Part shown: piece by piece, positions 24,538-37,493 of the stretch
Layout: each line of letters begins with the position of its first letter
Position numbering within the stretch: position 1 is the stretch's first letter
Source of the DNA: Syncephalis fuscata S228
Taxonomy: Eukaryota; Fungi; Zoopagomycota
NCBI GenBank assembly: GCA_025786725.1
Contig: JAHLTZ010000007.1
Coordinates: 62,001-126,000 of the forward strand
DNA length: 64,000 bases
Reading direction: 5' to 3'
Made by a program: the position numbers and the translations under genes
The notes under the pieces: generated by a model
What the model was told of the DNA's origin: nothing
Seen by the model: the letters and a program-made list of their open reading frames with translations, nothing else
Databases searched by the model: none

Positions 24538-25611
24538 ATGAGTCGATCTTCCGGTTACGATCGGCATATTACTATCTTCTCGCCTGAAGGTCGTCTCTAT
24601 CAAGTCGGTGAGTTGCAAAGGTTGCGGCACTAGATGACGATAGATTAACAAGCCTGGCTTGGATGAATCATATAGAGTATGCATTCAAGGCTATTTCCAA
24701 CTCAGGTATTACTTCAGTTGGTGTACGCGGCAAAGATTCAGTAGCTATTATTACACAGAAGAAAGTGCCAGTAAGTGATAGTGTAGACACAAGTCAATGG
24801 CTGTATTAACGTTTCTATTTTAAGGACACATTGTTGGATGCATCGTCAGTGACCAATCTATTTGCACTTACGCCCTATGTAGGCTGTGTAATGACCGGTA
24901 TGACCGGTAAGTCTAGAGCATAGCCACTATTATAAGAAGTAGTTTATTAATATACCACCACCATTATTATCGCTATTAATGTTGTTAGCGGATGCTCGTA
25001 TACAAGTAACTCGTGCTCGTCAAGAGGCGGCTGAATATCGGTACAAATACGGATATGAAATGCCTACTGATATGCTTGCTAAGCGTATGGCCAATATTAA
25101 TCAACTATATACGCAACAAGCAGCCATGCGTCCATTGGGTGTATGTACGTAACTGTAACTAAATACAAACAACCATTCTAAATAAGCCATTCTAACTTTA
25201 TTAAAGCTATGATTTTGATTGGTGTTGACGATGAAAATGGCCCCATGCTTTACAAGTGTGATCCAGCTGGCTATTACGTTGGCTATAAGGCCACCGGTGC
25301 TGGATCCAAACAACAAGAAGTCATTAGTTATCTGGAAAAGAAGCTAAAGCGTGAGCCAGAATTGAATTTCGAAGAGACCATTGAGGTAAGTTACTATTAA
25401 GTTTATTGCACTACATTTTATTTATTGCCGTTTAATATATATATATATGCATATATAGTTGGCCATTAATACGTTAGCATCGGTGTTGTCGGCTGATTTC
25501 AAACCAACTGACGTTGAACTCGCCTATGTCACATCGGATGATCGTCAATTCCGAATCATGCCAACCGATGAAATTGAGCGACATCTGCAACGCATTACAG
25601 AGCGGGATTGA
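24538..25611 (+). CDS. SCL1: 20S proteasome subunit alpha-1 (PSMA6/Scl1)
   Basis: [49 protein letters not shown] and [14 protein letters not shown]. Confidence 0.95.
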
Positions 25612-25732
25612 TTCATTTCTATTAAAGAAAGCTATGTTTATCACAATGCAATAAATCACTCGTTTCAATCATTATAGAATGTTTATAAATAGTTAAATAG
25701 TTAAGGATGATGATAGCAATATATAGTAGTTG

Positions 25733-26141
25733 TTATGGCGGTGATTGAGTCTCTGGTTGTTGTTGTTGTTGTATTAAAATTACTTGCCATACAACAAATA
25801 CTACCCATATTACAATAGTGGCGGCCATTAATATCTAGTGAATGAACAGTTTATAAGTCAATAAATGTTATTAAATACTCCACACTTTTTACCTTTGTAA
25901 ATAGACAACAATTGGGTGAAGGAGGACCACGATGTTGTTTGGTCAGCTTCTCATTGGATATTAGGTAATGATGTGGTAGATTAAGTCGGACTTCTTTATT
26001 ATCCACACTAGTAGTTGGTGTTGGATTCAATGGTAATAGTGGATAATGTACCTCTTGGGTTGTTGGAGTATATAAATGATCGACTACTAAATCGGTCGAG
26101 GCATCCACTAGACTATCTTCACTACTACGTGTTGATGTCAT
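25733..26141 (-). CDS. Hypothetical small protein with a C-terminal transmembrane segment
   Basis: Exon 1 (...PPSPNCCLFTK|gtaaaa) splices in frame to ILMAATIVIWVVFVVWQVILIQQQQPETQSPP-stop. Confidence 0.5.
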
Positions 26142-26534
26142 TGACAATATACTAGCAATGGTATCAATGAATAAATAGTGTTTGGCTGACTAGTAGCTAG
26201 TTGGTAAAACGACGAAAAAAGTACGGAGAAGTAATAAGTGACAGAACAAGCCCGCTGTTACAGCTCTGTGTATCATATGCAGCGTTATAACTACCACTAA
26301 CTAGGCAGCTATACTCCTTGGCCGCATTCATGATTGGTTGTGAATTATTTGTGTGTTGCACAAAGCTGCAGTCTAAACTATAAGAAGTATACTGAGTTGT
26401 AATGCTAAATTGGTAATTAATTAATCAATCAGTTAATAATTATAAACGCGTTATTTAACACTAGTAAATAAATAAAGCAATAATACAACGGTAATTAACG
26501 GTATAATGTTTTATTCAACGTGCTAATAGGCCGA

Positions 26535-27724
26535 TTAGTTTTCGAGCACTAGACTGATACCAACTTTGTGGGCACTCTCGTTCAAACGAGTGGTGTCGAA
26601 GCTGCCACCGAGTGATACCTTAACACCGGCACGAAGGCGCTGCGTATAGCCAAGACCGAGACGGCCACCGTTATCAATCTTCGCCTTAACGAAAGCATCC
26701 TTATCCAAAAAGTATTTGGAACCAAGTTCAAGAGCTACTGGAGCATTCTTTGTCTTGGAGTCCCAGGTAGCCTTGGCACCGACTTCAACATCTGGATTGA
26801 CGCGATGGAAGAACGAGGCGGAGTAGACGGTCAAACCGCTAGTGCTACAATAGCCAATGACATATATGCATTATTAGTTTAGCGTAAATGGTGATCAATA
26901 ATCAACTTACGCATGAAGAGCCACTGCGTATTGAGGTGCAGAATAGCCAACAGCCGAGCTGTAACGCGTAACATTGCCATTAAGCACATCGTAGCTAACA
27001 TCGGCACCGAATAAAAATCCCTCGTGTCTATTATATTATAGTTAGCATTCATATTCCATCTACTATCCCTATTAACGACTTGTACTTACCCAAATACAAT
27101 ATCGCCAGTAAAGCTAGGACCCTTGAATAGATCGACAGTACCACGGGTGAACACACCTGGTTGCTTATAGTTAATGCCAACCTTGGCTGTCTTTTGACTA
27201 ATACGTAGCAATATAAGTAAAGTATAGACAACAACAAACCAAATAAATTACTTACCCAACAGCCGGCAACAATGAAGCATTAATATCCAACTTCAATCCC
27301 TTGGCTACTTTATTCTCCAATTCTACTTGGGCACTTAGAACGTTCTTGGTGTTCCAGGTATTGGTCACCGTCAAGCCTGTAAAGTATAGTATGGTATATT
27401 CGTTTATTGTCCCCAATAACTTGTTCTACTGCCTAATACGTACCGTTCTTATAGTCGGAGTATTTGGCCTTAAGCTCGCCATTAATAACTCCCGACTTGC
27501 TTTCTTGCGCGCCATTGACAGTGAAGCTCTATAGTTGACGCGTAGTATGGCATAGGATGGACGTTGATTAAAACCCACTTGTTTATCGCGCTCTATTTTC
27601 CACTTACCACGCCATTAGGTGTCTTGGTCGTCACTTCAAGCTTGACCGTGCCAACTGGGTAGTCGCGACCCAAAAGATCACCCACTGACTTGCCAATATC
27701 TCCGTATTTAACCGTGGTAGCCAT
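26535..27724 (-). CDS. POR1: Mitochondrial porin / VDAC
   Basis: MATTVKYGDIGKSVGDLLGRDYP N-terminus and KAKIDNGGRLGLGYTQRLRAGVKVSLG...HKVGISLVLEN C-terminus. Confidence 0.96.
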
Positions 27725-27770
27725 AATATACTAGATGAATAGACTGTCAACAACAACAACAAGTAGCAAC

Positions 27771-27810
27771 AGTAGTAGAAGTGGTAGAAGTAGAAGTAGA
27801 AGTAGAAGTA
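27771..27810. repeat. (AGAAGT)n microsatellite upstream of the VDAC start codon
   Basis: Direct hexamer repeats visible in the sequence. Confidence 0.7.
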
Positions 27811-28288
27811 GCGCAACTGTGCAAACGAAAAAGAAGAGTAGCTGCAGTGGACATGTGGTGTCGGATGAGTTCGGAACATGTGTACCACTGTGTGTGTACA
27901 CAAATGAGTCGATATTGAGAGGAAACAAAAAACTGGCATTCAAAACTTGTAATTTAATTCATTAACCAATCAAAGAAATGCCACGTCAACGACATAACAA
28001 CACGATTTCATATCCGTTATTGTATACACTATTATAGTTCATCCAATGAACACTATAGTAATAGTCATAGTCATATTTATAGTTATATTATACAGCAATG
28101 TTAGTTACTATAACAGCTATATCGATAATGGTAATATAATCATGGTTATATTTATTGAATAGTATAAAACTAAATGATAAGCAAGTATTGATGTCGTATA
28201 AACAGTAATACTAGATTGCTTTTATGGTTCGTGCTATGAGAAAATATTCTGCGTTCTTAATAATACTAAACGTAATAGAGTAGTAAAA

Positions 28289-28848
28289 TTAAGCCTTGGT
28301 CAAAATAGATTCATCGTCGATGTCGCTAATATCGTTCGCTTGAATCTCTTTAATATCGCCTAGCTTATCTTTAAGCGCGCTCTTACTGCCGGCGTAAATC
28401 ATCTTTTGCTTAACGCCCAAATTATCTGGCACCCTATTAATAACCATCAGTTAATTACTATCAATGATACACGTATGGCTAAATAGTAGAATACTACTTA
28501 CCAGGCGATAAAGCAAAGCTTGTTGCGCTTGCCTTCTCCAGCAATCTCATACTCGTGATCCACAATAACGTAGTAGGCTCTGTCCTCAGATAGATTTTTT
28601 ACCAGGTCATCGTGAGTACCGCTGGCAATCGTTTTTTCGACTACAATCTCTTCATTTTTAATACCGAGAAAGATGTATTTATATTTGCGGTCCTTCTTCA
28701 ATTCTTGGAATGTCGTAAGACACTCATCTGATACTTGTACACCGGTGGACTATAAACAATAGGATATATGCATGAGTTCATTAAACTGGCTTCATCATCT
28801 GGCGCATATAGTTGATAGCAACGACGATGCCTATTCTACACTTACCAT
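28289..28848 (-). CDS. COF1: Cofilin / actin-depolymerizing factor
   Basis: ATG-only first coding exon, then STGVQVSDECLTTFQELK, EGKRNKLCFIAW and KQKMIYAGSKSALK. Confidence 0.92.
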
Positions 28849-30170
28849 GATGAAACGAACGGTTCAATGAACAGAAAGATGAAGAGAAACAAGTAATGGC
28901 GCGTAGGATGACGCAAGAGCCACAGATAAGATGAAAGAGTAGTGAAAGAGAGAAAGAGAAAGAAAAGGAATGAGTTGATAGCAATAAAGGTCAAAGTGAA
29001 CCTCGTTGTGTTGAGAGGATACGATGGTCATTTTATAGGTGACCAACCAACTGACGTGGACATGTTCCAAATGGCCAGATTGGCGCATATATCGTCATCA
29101 TCAGTATTAACATCGTTAATACCTATAATAACCATAATATTAATATTAGTAATTTCTAATAGATATTATCACAAGATATATCAGCTTGTACTGACTACAC
29201 GTGATATGCACAAACATAAACACATGAACAATTGACTCAATTCTTGGCAAAGTAATTTAGATTAAAAGTAGATTGATAGAATATTAGATATAATAAATAC
29301 AATTAGATTAGATTAGATAGATTTACACAATATAGTCATATTAATATGAGCATAAACACTGTTACTAATGCTACTGATAATTATATTGTATCATAGATGT
29401 AATTATATTGTATTTACGAAGTGTGTTTGTGTGTAGTAAAATAGTATCAACGATCTGTAGATTAATTGTATGGATACGCTCCAGACGAATAAAGCGACTG
29501 CTGATTAGACAGACACATAGAGTGAGTGAGTGGATGAGTGAGTAGGTTAAAGAAGCGAACTTGTAATAAAGACAATGAATATAAGCGTACGTCGCTATCC
29601 ACAACAGAAATAGACTGCGCTGATATTAGACGAGAAGCGCAACTAGAGGGCGCAAACTATCCCATCTACGGTTTGTCGATGTGGATGAGACGGAAACGCC
29701 AATGAATGAGGATAAGGGAAAGTAGGAAAGATAACACGTTGTATTGGCCGTATTATATATACGCAACCATCGTACATCTATCAAAGATGATACAATATAT
29801 ATGTATATATACTAACCAGATATACAAAATATGAATTGTATGTATGTGTATGTGTGTCTGTATATTGTTATGGTTGTTGTTGTTGTCGTCATCGGCGCCA
29901 GATAGGGCGCGTCAGTGTACTATAGATTGTCATTATAAACAATAGGCAAACTATTCATCTTATCAATAGAAATTGAAATATTGTGGCATCTGAACAAGCA
30001 CAGGCAACAGCAGCAAAAGGGCGCACCCGCACAAAGACGAACTAGCAAGCAGACAAACAAACAAACAAAAGGGTAGTGGAAATAGTGAGTAGGAGGCGGA
30101 TGACGTGTAATAGCAATAGTGGTGTATATATAGGAAGGAAATGAAACAACAGATCAATTCATGGCCCATA

Positions 30171-31155
30171 TTACTTCGTACTAATAGAATTGCCATTTGT
30201 AGGCACTTCCATTTCGTAGAAGCGGCATAAATGACGTTCAGCTCTTCGGTATTCGCGTTTAAGCCGTGCCAATAGCTCAATACCACGAGCAAGTGCAGCA
30301 TCATCGTCAATCTCGGGAAGACTTGCTTCATCGGCACTGGCCCGACTATGCTGGATCTTTTCACAAGTATCCTCGACCTTTTGGAGACCAAGTGTTGCCG
30401 AGCTGCCCTTTAAGAAATGGCCAAGTTTGGCATAGCTTTCTAGGTTCTTATCCTCACTATATATATATGTATGTATGTATGTATGTATATGTGTATATAA
30501 TATGATTAGTTTAATAATAACATTATTAATAACAAATAACAATAATAACAATAATAAATAATAACAGTCATATGGCTATATACTAATGGTTATTGTCATT
30601 CTATTACTTACATTGCTTTATCCATTTCACCAAATGTTGTATGAGCTTGTTCAAAAAAGTTGATAACAATGGATTTTGAGAATTCATGCTCGTCATCGTC
30701 ATCCATTTCAAGTAGCTGTCCAAATACTGCATCGTTGATAATATCATCGCCATCATCGTCGTCTTCTTCTTCTTCGTCGTCGTCTTCTTCTTCAATTTCC
30801 TTCTTTGCTAATGCCTCAGTTTGGGCATTTTTAGCCTTATCATCCTCCTTCTCATTTGCAACTACTGGCGCGGTCTCCTATTGGTTATTTACAAATATAT
30901 GCGCATTGTTAGTCGATATGCAATCATGCAGCATAAGCAAGCAGTGGTCGAATCAATCTATCATAAAGTGCATACCTCGGTTAAAGAGTTAGCCGTATTA
31001 GCCACGTCTCCGCCTTTTGTTGCAGCCAACTTGCTGTTAGTTGCTTCTGCAGCACCATCCTTTGCAGATATATCTGCTGCTGTTGATGCTGCTGCCACTA
31101 CTGCAGTTGCTGTCTCGCTTTGTGCATTCTGCGTAATAATAGTGGTGGTTAGCAT
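30171..31155 (-). CDS. YPD1: Histidine phosphotransfer (Hpt) protein
   Basis: FGQLLEMDDDEHEFSKSIVINFFEQA and KLGHFLKGSSATLGLQKVEDTCEKIQ (phospho-His motif). Start codon uncertain. Confidence 0.9.
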
Positions 31156-34100
31156 ACAGTGTTGCATAAACAATGCCTTCCTTTCGCCACGCCATAGATT
31201 GGATAGACCCAGGAATGAACCAAGGCGACCCGGTCTATTCTATCACGCAAGCATGGCGAATAGAAGAAAAAGGTCTGATGATGACTAGTATACTTGCCTT
31301 GGTAGCCATTATCGCAGTATATAAATCTACGTATGATAATTTATCCTTGAAAAATGAAACCTGCGGCAATCTTGTGGCAAAAGCAAAGAAAACAAGAAAC
31401 AAAGTTTAGTGAGTGAATACCAAGTAAAAAAGGAAGACAAGCACTATTTTATAGGCGAATGACGCAATACAATTCCAATACGATGAAATAGCGTCAAGCC
31501 CGATACAGAGATAGAAAGAGGTGGCGGTAGCTATGAAAGACAGACGTGGCACACCGACAGCTGTCTCTTGCTTTCTTCAAGCTGACGCTGACTTGCCCGT
31601 AAAATAAAGAACTAGATTGTTCGAAAATACAAAAGATACAATAGCAAATAGAAAGTGCTACTGATTCGTAAAAAAAGCTTCCAAATCACGCGAACTTGCA
31701 CAGTGATAGTGGGAAAGTAGGACAACAATCTGAAATGGTAAGAAGTAGTAGCTGCCCAGCCGTTACAGTGAGTATGGCAATTACACAAGTGGTTTGTTGA
31801 CGCTAAGCCTAATCTGGTAACGTCAGAGTTAAAGATTGAGAAATAAAGAAGAATTGGACGGTGCACGAGGGGTCACTCGGTCGGTCAACAACGACAGTAA
31901 TCGATGAATAGAAAGAAGATGCAGAAGAGTTGAAAGAACAAACGCGTCTGAGTTATGACTATTAGGTGGGGTATCATTTATAAATGTGTATTTATATGTG
32001 TATATGTACATATTTGTATTAACACCACCCATATTATATTATATGTATTATACATAGTATACATTTTATACATATTATATATATATGATATCAATTAATA
32101 AATTAAAATTAAAAGTGTACTAATAACTGTTCAAAACGCTTATAAATATAATACAACTACTTTGATAAACAAGTAATAACCAACACCAGTATTAATGTAT
32201 ATATATATATACAGTAACTATACTAAAACACACACACGCACACTTCTAACTAACAAGTTATTTGAAAACATGACCCATCCATATTGATATTTACATTGTC
32301 ATAAACAAGTATGGCTGGTTAGTCATAATGACACCTTATACTAACAACACAAATTATGTCACAAGTGGAAAGACGCTTTGTTACATACATGGATATTCAT
32401 AGATATTGATAAAAGAGGAATAATAACAATAACAATAAACATAACAGCCGTCACCTTCAATTACTTACCCGTGACATCCACTCAATAACCGACATGGCTC
32501 AATAGCAAGTAGAAAAGGTAGGAAAAGCAGATTTAGCGGATCATAATGAGCACGAGCGTTGGAATAGTAAAGATGGCCGTTGTATCCAAAATACATCATG
32601 TCATATGGCGACGATGGCAATGATTGCGTATTTGTGGTCTGGACGGACGGCAAAGAAGTATAGGTCATCGATTCGCCCATATCTATTATCAGCTTACTTG
32701 ATAGTTAAGTAATAAACAATGACCTTGTAATATAGTGGTAGTAGTCAATAATGGTTACTATCTAGGCAAAAAAAGGAAATCTAATTAGACTAATAATAAA
32801 ATCAGTCCTGGGTGGGTGGTGGGGTTCAATGCAACTGGACAAAAGGCCAGAATAAAGATAGTACGGGTTTATAACAAAGGCGAGAGTAACGACGATCAAT
32901 AGAAAATAGATTCGCGTTATATACGAAAATGGTTGTCAAAATAAACAAGTGACTAGAATGGAGCAATATAAAAGTTTAAACGCAACGGTAAAAAACGAAC
33001 GCAATAGTGTAGAAGGAGCAATAGTGAATCGATATAGTAGAGGCGACAGTAGTGAAAATAATAATAATAGACGATATAGAAAACAGTATAAAAACGAAAG
33101 ACTATGACGATGGACGGTATAGAATGATACTAGTTCGGAGGACGAGTCCAACGACTTTGCCAACAAATAGAAACTATTTATACATAATTAGAAAGCTTGA
33201 ATTATGAGTTCCGGGTATTTGAATTGCAGGACAGACACGCATGCGCACACGCGACAGTATAATGGATTTAATAAGGAAAGCTTGTTTTGTAATAATATGT
33301 TATTAATCAACAACATATTGCTTATATCATTCTAGTAATTAACTAATTAACTAATTAAATTAAATTATTTATTAAATCTATGTATGTGTATATTTGATTG
33401 CTAATGGCACTTTTAATAATTAAATTGCAAATGTTAATAGATGAAAACGTCAGCGGTTTAATTGAACGGCAGCAGCGGTAGACGCAGCAGCAAACGCAGA
33501 CGCAAAAGCAAGTCGGATGAATATCATGCAATGCATTAACCATGAATGCATCGACTAATGAATAGAAAAAGTCAATAGCCATTTTGTTGTTGTTGTTGTT
33601 GTCGTAAATTGACTAATTGAGTGAATGAATGGAATTTGTAAAATTGAACCTGCAGTTATCTGTCCTCACTCATTCAATCATTCAATTACACTCATACTTC
33701 GTATGCAGCCATTTTCTACTACCTTTTCTCCGCCTTATCCGATGTATTTTCGTTTGTGTTCACCATCGCTTGTTCTTACTCGTTCCTGCCATCTGAATCT
33801 GACAAAATCGCCGAATCTCTGCAGCCTCCCTTGCTTCTATAGGACTAGACACCCAACCAACCACCACCCAGTCACAGAGAGAGAGAAAGACGGAGAGAGG
33901 GAGAAAGTAAGTGCGCGTGATTGGCCAACCGATACGCAGAGTGCCGTTGAGAAACAACAGAGCAACCTATACATACAGAGTGTGAGTGAGCGACATATAC
34001 AGAGACAGAGACATATACAGAGAGAGAGAGTCAATGTACACGCGTGTACCCGAACCAAAGGCGTCATGTCCCTTTGTTGTGAACCCTTGTAGACTTATTG

Positions 34101-34501
34101 GCTACAAGTAGTAATATTCTACCGGTTAATCTCTGATACATGTTCAAAAACACGCATATTTAGTGTATTAACAAGTATTACAACCATATATATATACACG
34201 CGACTCATCAGTGTGCTTACGATTGCACTGCACTGTTTTGTAACCAACCAAGTGGGTAGGTGTCATTTGCGCTGTAAAACGATCTTCATGACTTCATAGC
34301 GTGTACACGTATGCACGACCATGCGGCGCGCTACGAACAAGCCATCCATGCTGTTAGTTAAGGGGCGGGATATGACTGGTGGTGGTGACGGGCCGACCAG
34401 CCTAAATGCTATAACGAGTTACTTACACGTGTATGCTCTGTGATGTAGAAATTCAATCATTATTGCCAAGCAGCAGCATTCATACTTAGTGTTTTAGCAG
34501 T

Positions 34502-37323
34502 ATGTCTGATGCAAAATACTTCCAGCGAGGTAAGTAGTCATTGTTATTATTGCTGCCGCTGCTGCTGCTGCCGCTGTTGCTCTTGCCGCTGCACTGTCGG
34601 TAGCTGCTTTAAAAACACATGGCCATACAGGAATAGCAGTCTTTAAAATTTACAAAGTTTATTGATAACCAACCAACGAATCAATTGCTGCTATTCTGCA
34701 CACAGGTAAAATTCAAGAGCTTCGAAATGATCTTGTATCCGATAAACGCGATAGTAAATATGCAAAAAAGAAGGCAGTCCTCAAGGTAAGGATGTCTATG
34801 AAGGCAGCCTCTACATACAAGCAATACACGAGTACAACAGCATGTTAACTTGTTTATTGGTGCATTCTATAACAACAGCGTATTGTAGCCAACATGACGA
34901 TGGGCAATGATATGTCGCCGTTATTTCCGGATGTAATTGCCTGTCTAAGTATTCCAAATTTAGAAGTAAAGAAAATGGTTTATCTTTACGTTACCAACTA
35001 CTGCCGAAGCAAGCCGGACATGGCTCGAATGGCCGCACCCTACTTCGAAAAGGTAACAAACAAACACAAGCAATGGCTTCGTGTAACTTATTACTGACTT
35101 ACCTGCTGTTTGTTTGGCCATTGCGATTGTCCTTATGACCATGGCGATCATCCCATCTAGGATGTCAATGATAGTAATCCGTTGATTCGCGCCTTAGCCA
35201 TTCGTTCCATGGGCTACATCCATATAGATCGTGTGGTGGATGGCTTTTGCGATCCACTACGCCACTGTCTGCGGGATCCAGATCCATATGTGCGTAAAAC
35301 GGCTGCTGTCGGGGTTGCCAAACTGTTTATGCACGACCCAGCACTCGCCGAGAGTGAGGGGTTCCTTGAAATGTTACGCGGCATGCTTAGCGATTCCAAT
35401 CCAGCTGTAAGTTCAGTATGCGCGGCATGAATGGTACGGCATATAGCTCATAATCGCTCTATATGGTGGCTGGTATAATTATAGGTCATATCAAATGCGG
35501 TAGCTGCATTAGTTGAAATATCAGAACGTTCACCCAACTACCAATTAGAGATGAACATGTCGACGGCCAATCGTCTAGCGAATACATTGAATGAATGCTC
35601 AGAGTAAGTGAAAAAACAAACGAAATTGATTAGCAATAGTCATAATAATACAAACAATACTGATATGGATATTAATAGATGGGGACAAGGATATATTCTA
35701 GAGGCACTTTTGTATACAGTCCCTCAAGAAGTGGGCGAGGCTGAATTGCTTGCTGAACGTATTGTATCACGATTACAACACGCCAATTCATTCGTTGTAT
35801 TGGCTACAGTTAAATTGCTCGTTTATCTGTTAAATTACATGTCACGAGAAGAGGATATCACTGGATTCTCTTCAAAACTAGGGCCACCTCTTGTTACATT
35901 ACTGTCCCATGGACCAGAAGTGCAATATGTTGCACTGCGTAATATTCTATTGATCATTCAAAAGTATCCGGAAATGCTACAGGCTGATGTACGTACATTT
36001 TTCTGTAAATACGACGAACCAATCTATATCAAACTATCGAAATTGGAAATCATTTTCAGACTGACCACTGAGGACAATGCACGTGAAGTGCTATCAGAAC
36101 TGCGAGAGTAAGTAGAAGACCGGATGCACTGCATACATCCCTCGTATAGATAGCAGTGCCATTAATACCATGACCATTAGATATGCATCAGAAATTGATG
36201 TTGATTTTGTTCGTCGTGCAGTACGATGCATTGGTCGACTAGGCATTAAGCTGGAACAATCGTCGCAAATGTGCATTGCTCTATTATTGGAACTAATACA
36301 AACGCGTGTAAGCTATGTGGTTCAAGAAGCGGTTATTGTTATGAAGGTGATGTCACTGCCCCCAGTGTAGTACTATTTACTAAATAGCCTATTGATATGC
36401 ATATAGGATGTATTCCGCCGTTATCCTAACAAATACGAAAGTGTCATTCCTACACTATGTGAGAATCTCGACGATCTGGATCAACCCGAGGCAAAAGTCG
36501 CTATGATATGGATTATAGGCCAGTATGCCGAACGAGTAGAGAATGCCGAGGGTGTATTAGAAAGCTTTGTAGATACATTTAAAGAGGAACATACAGAGGC
36601 AAGTACAGTGATTGCTTATTCATATATGGTATTCATTGGTTAATGGAAATAATAGGTTCAATTGGCTTTATTAACTGCTGTAGTTAAACTATTTCTTAAA
36701 AGGCCAGCAGCTGGACAAGAGCTTGTACCGAAAATACTTAAATGGGCCACCGAAGAAGTTGATAATCCCGATTTACGTGATCGTGGATTTATTTACTGGC
36801 GTTTACTTTCTACCAATCCTACGGTAGCCAAGGTATTGATATTATTGCTACAGTAATGTTAATAATAATATTGTGGTTATTACTTAGAGTATTATATTAT
36901 CGGATAAACCAGAGATATCCACTGAAGCTGATCATATGGATCCAGTTATGCTTGAAGAACTACTGCTACATATTGCCAATCTCTCTTCAATCTATCACAA
37001 GTCACCGGCCATGTTTATTAGTGGTGCCAAGATGCGCTCATTGCCGCCATCACAGGTACTAAATACCCACTCGGTTGTGCCACCACTGTAAGTAGAATAG
37101 ATGGCCATAAATACAACGCAATACTTATTAATACGATATCTATGGTATTAATAGTGGTAGAATGACCTCTGTAACTCGATTCGACGATAACTTTTCTGGC
37201 AATGAGCTATACGGTGTGGCACAAGAGGATCATAATATGGCTGTAGCTCATACAAGAATACAGCGAGTCGATGATTTACTCGACCTTGACACGCCACTTG
37301 ATGATCCAACCACGTTTACTTAA
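34502..37323 (+). CDS. Clathrin adaptor complex beta subunit (probably AP-2 beta, Apl1-like)
   Basis: [55 protein letters not shown] and a C-terminal clathrin box LLDLD. Confidence 0.93.
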
Positions 37324-37493
37324 TAATATATAATTGTTTGTTTGTTTGTTTATAATTACATTGAAGATCTATAACATAATACTAATAGATACATCTTTAA
37401 ATAAGTAAATTAATTCATTATTAACACGTCTAAATAACTATTCATTGATTCTAATACTTTAATATCATTAATATCATTACTATATCGTTTAAA

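Noticed and set aside
32936-34092. Overlapping ORFs in the YPD1-AP beta gap
   Set aside because: They derive from low-complexity, microsatellite-rich sequence and show no domain or splice support.
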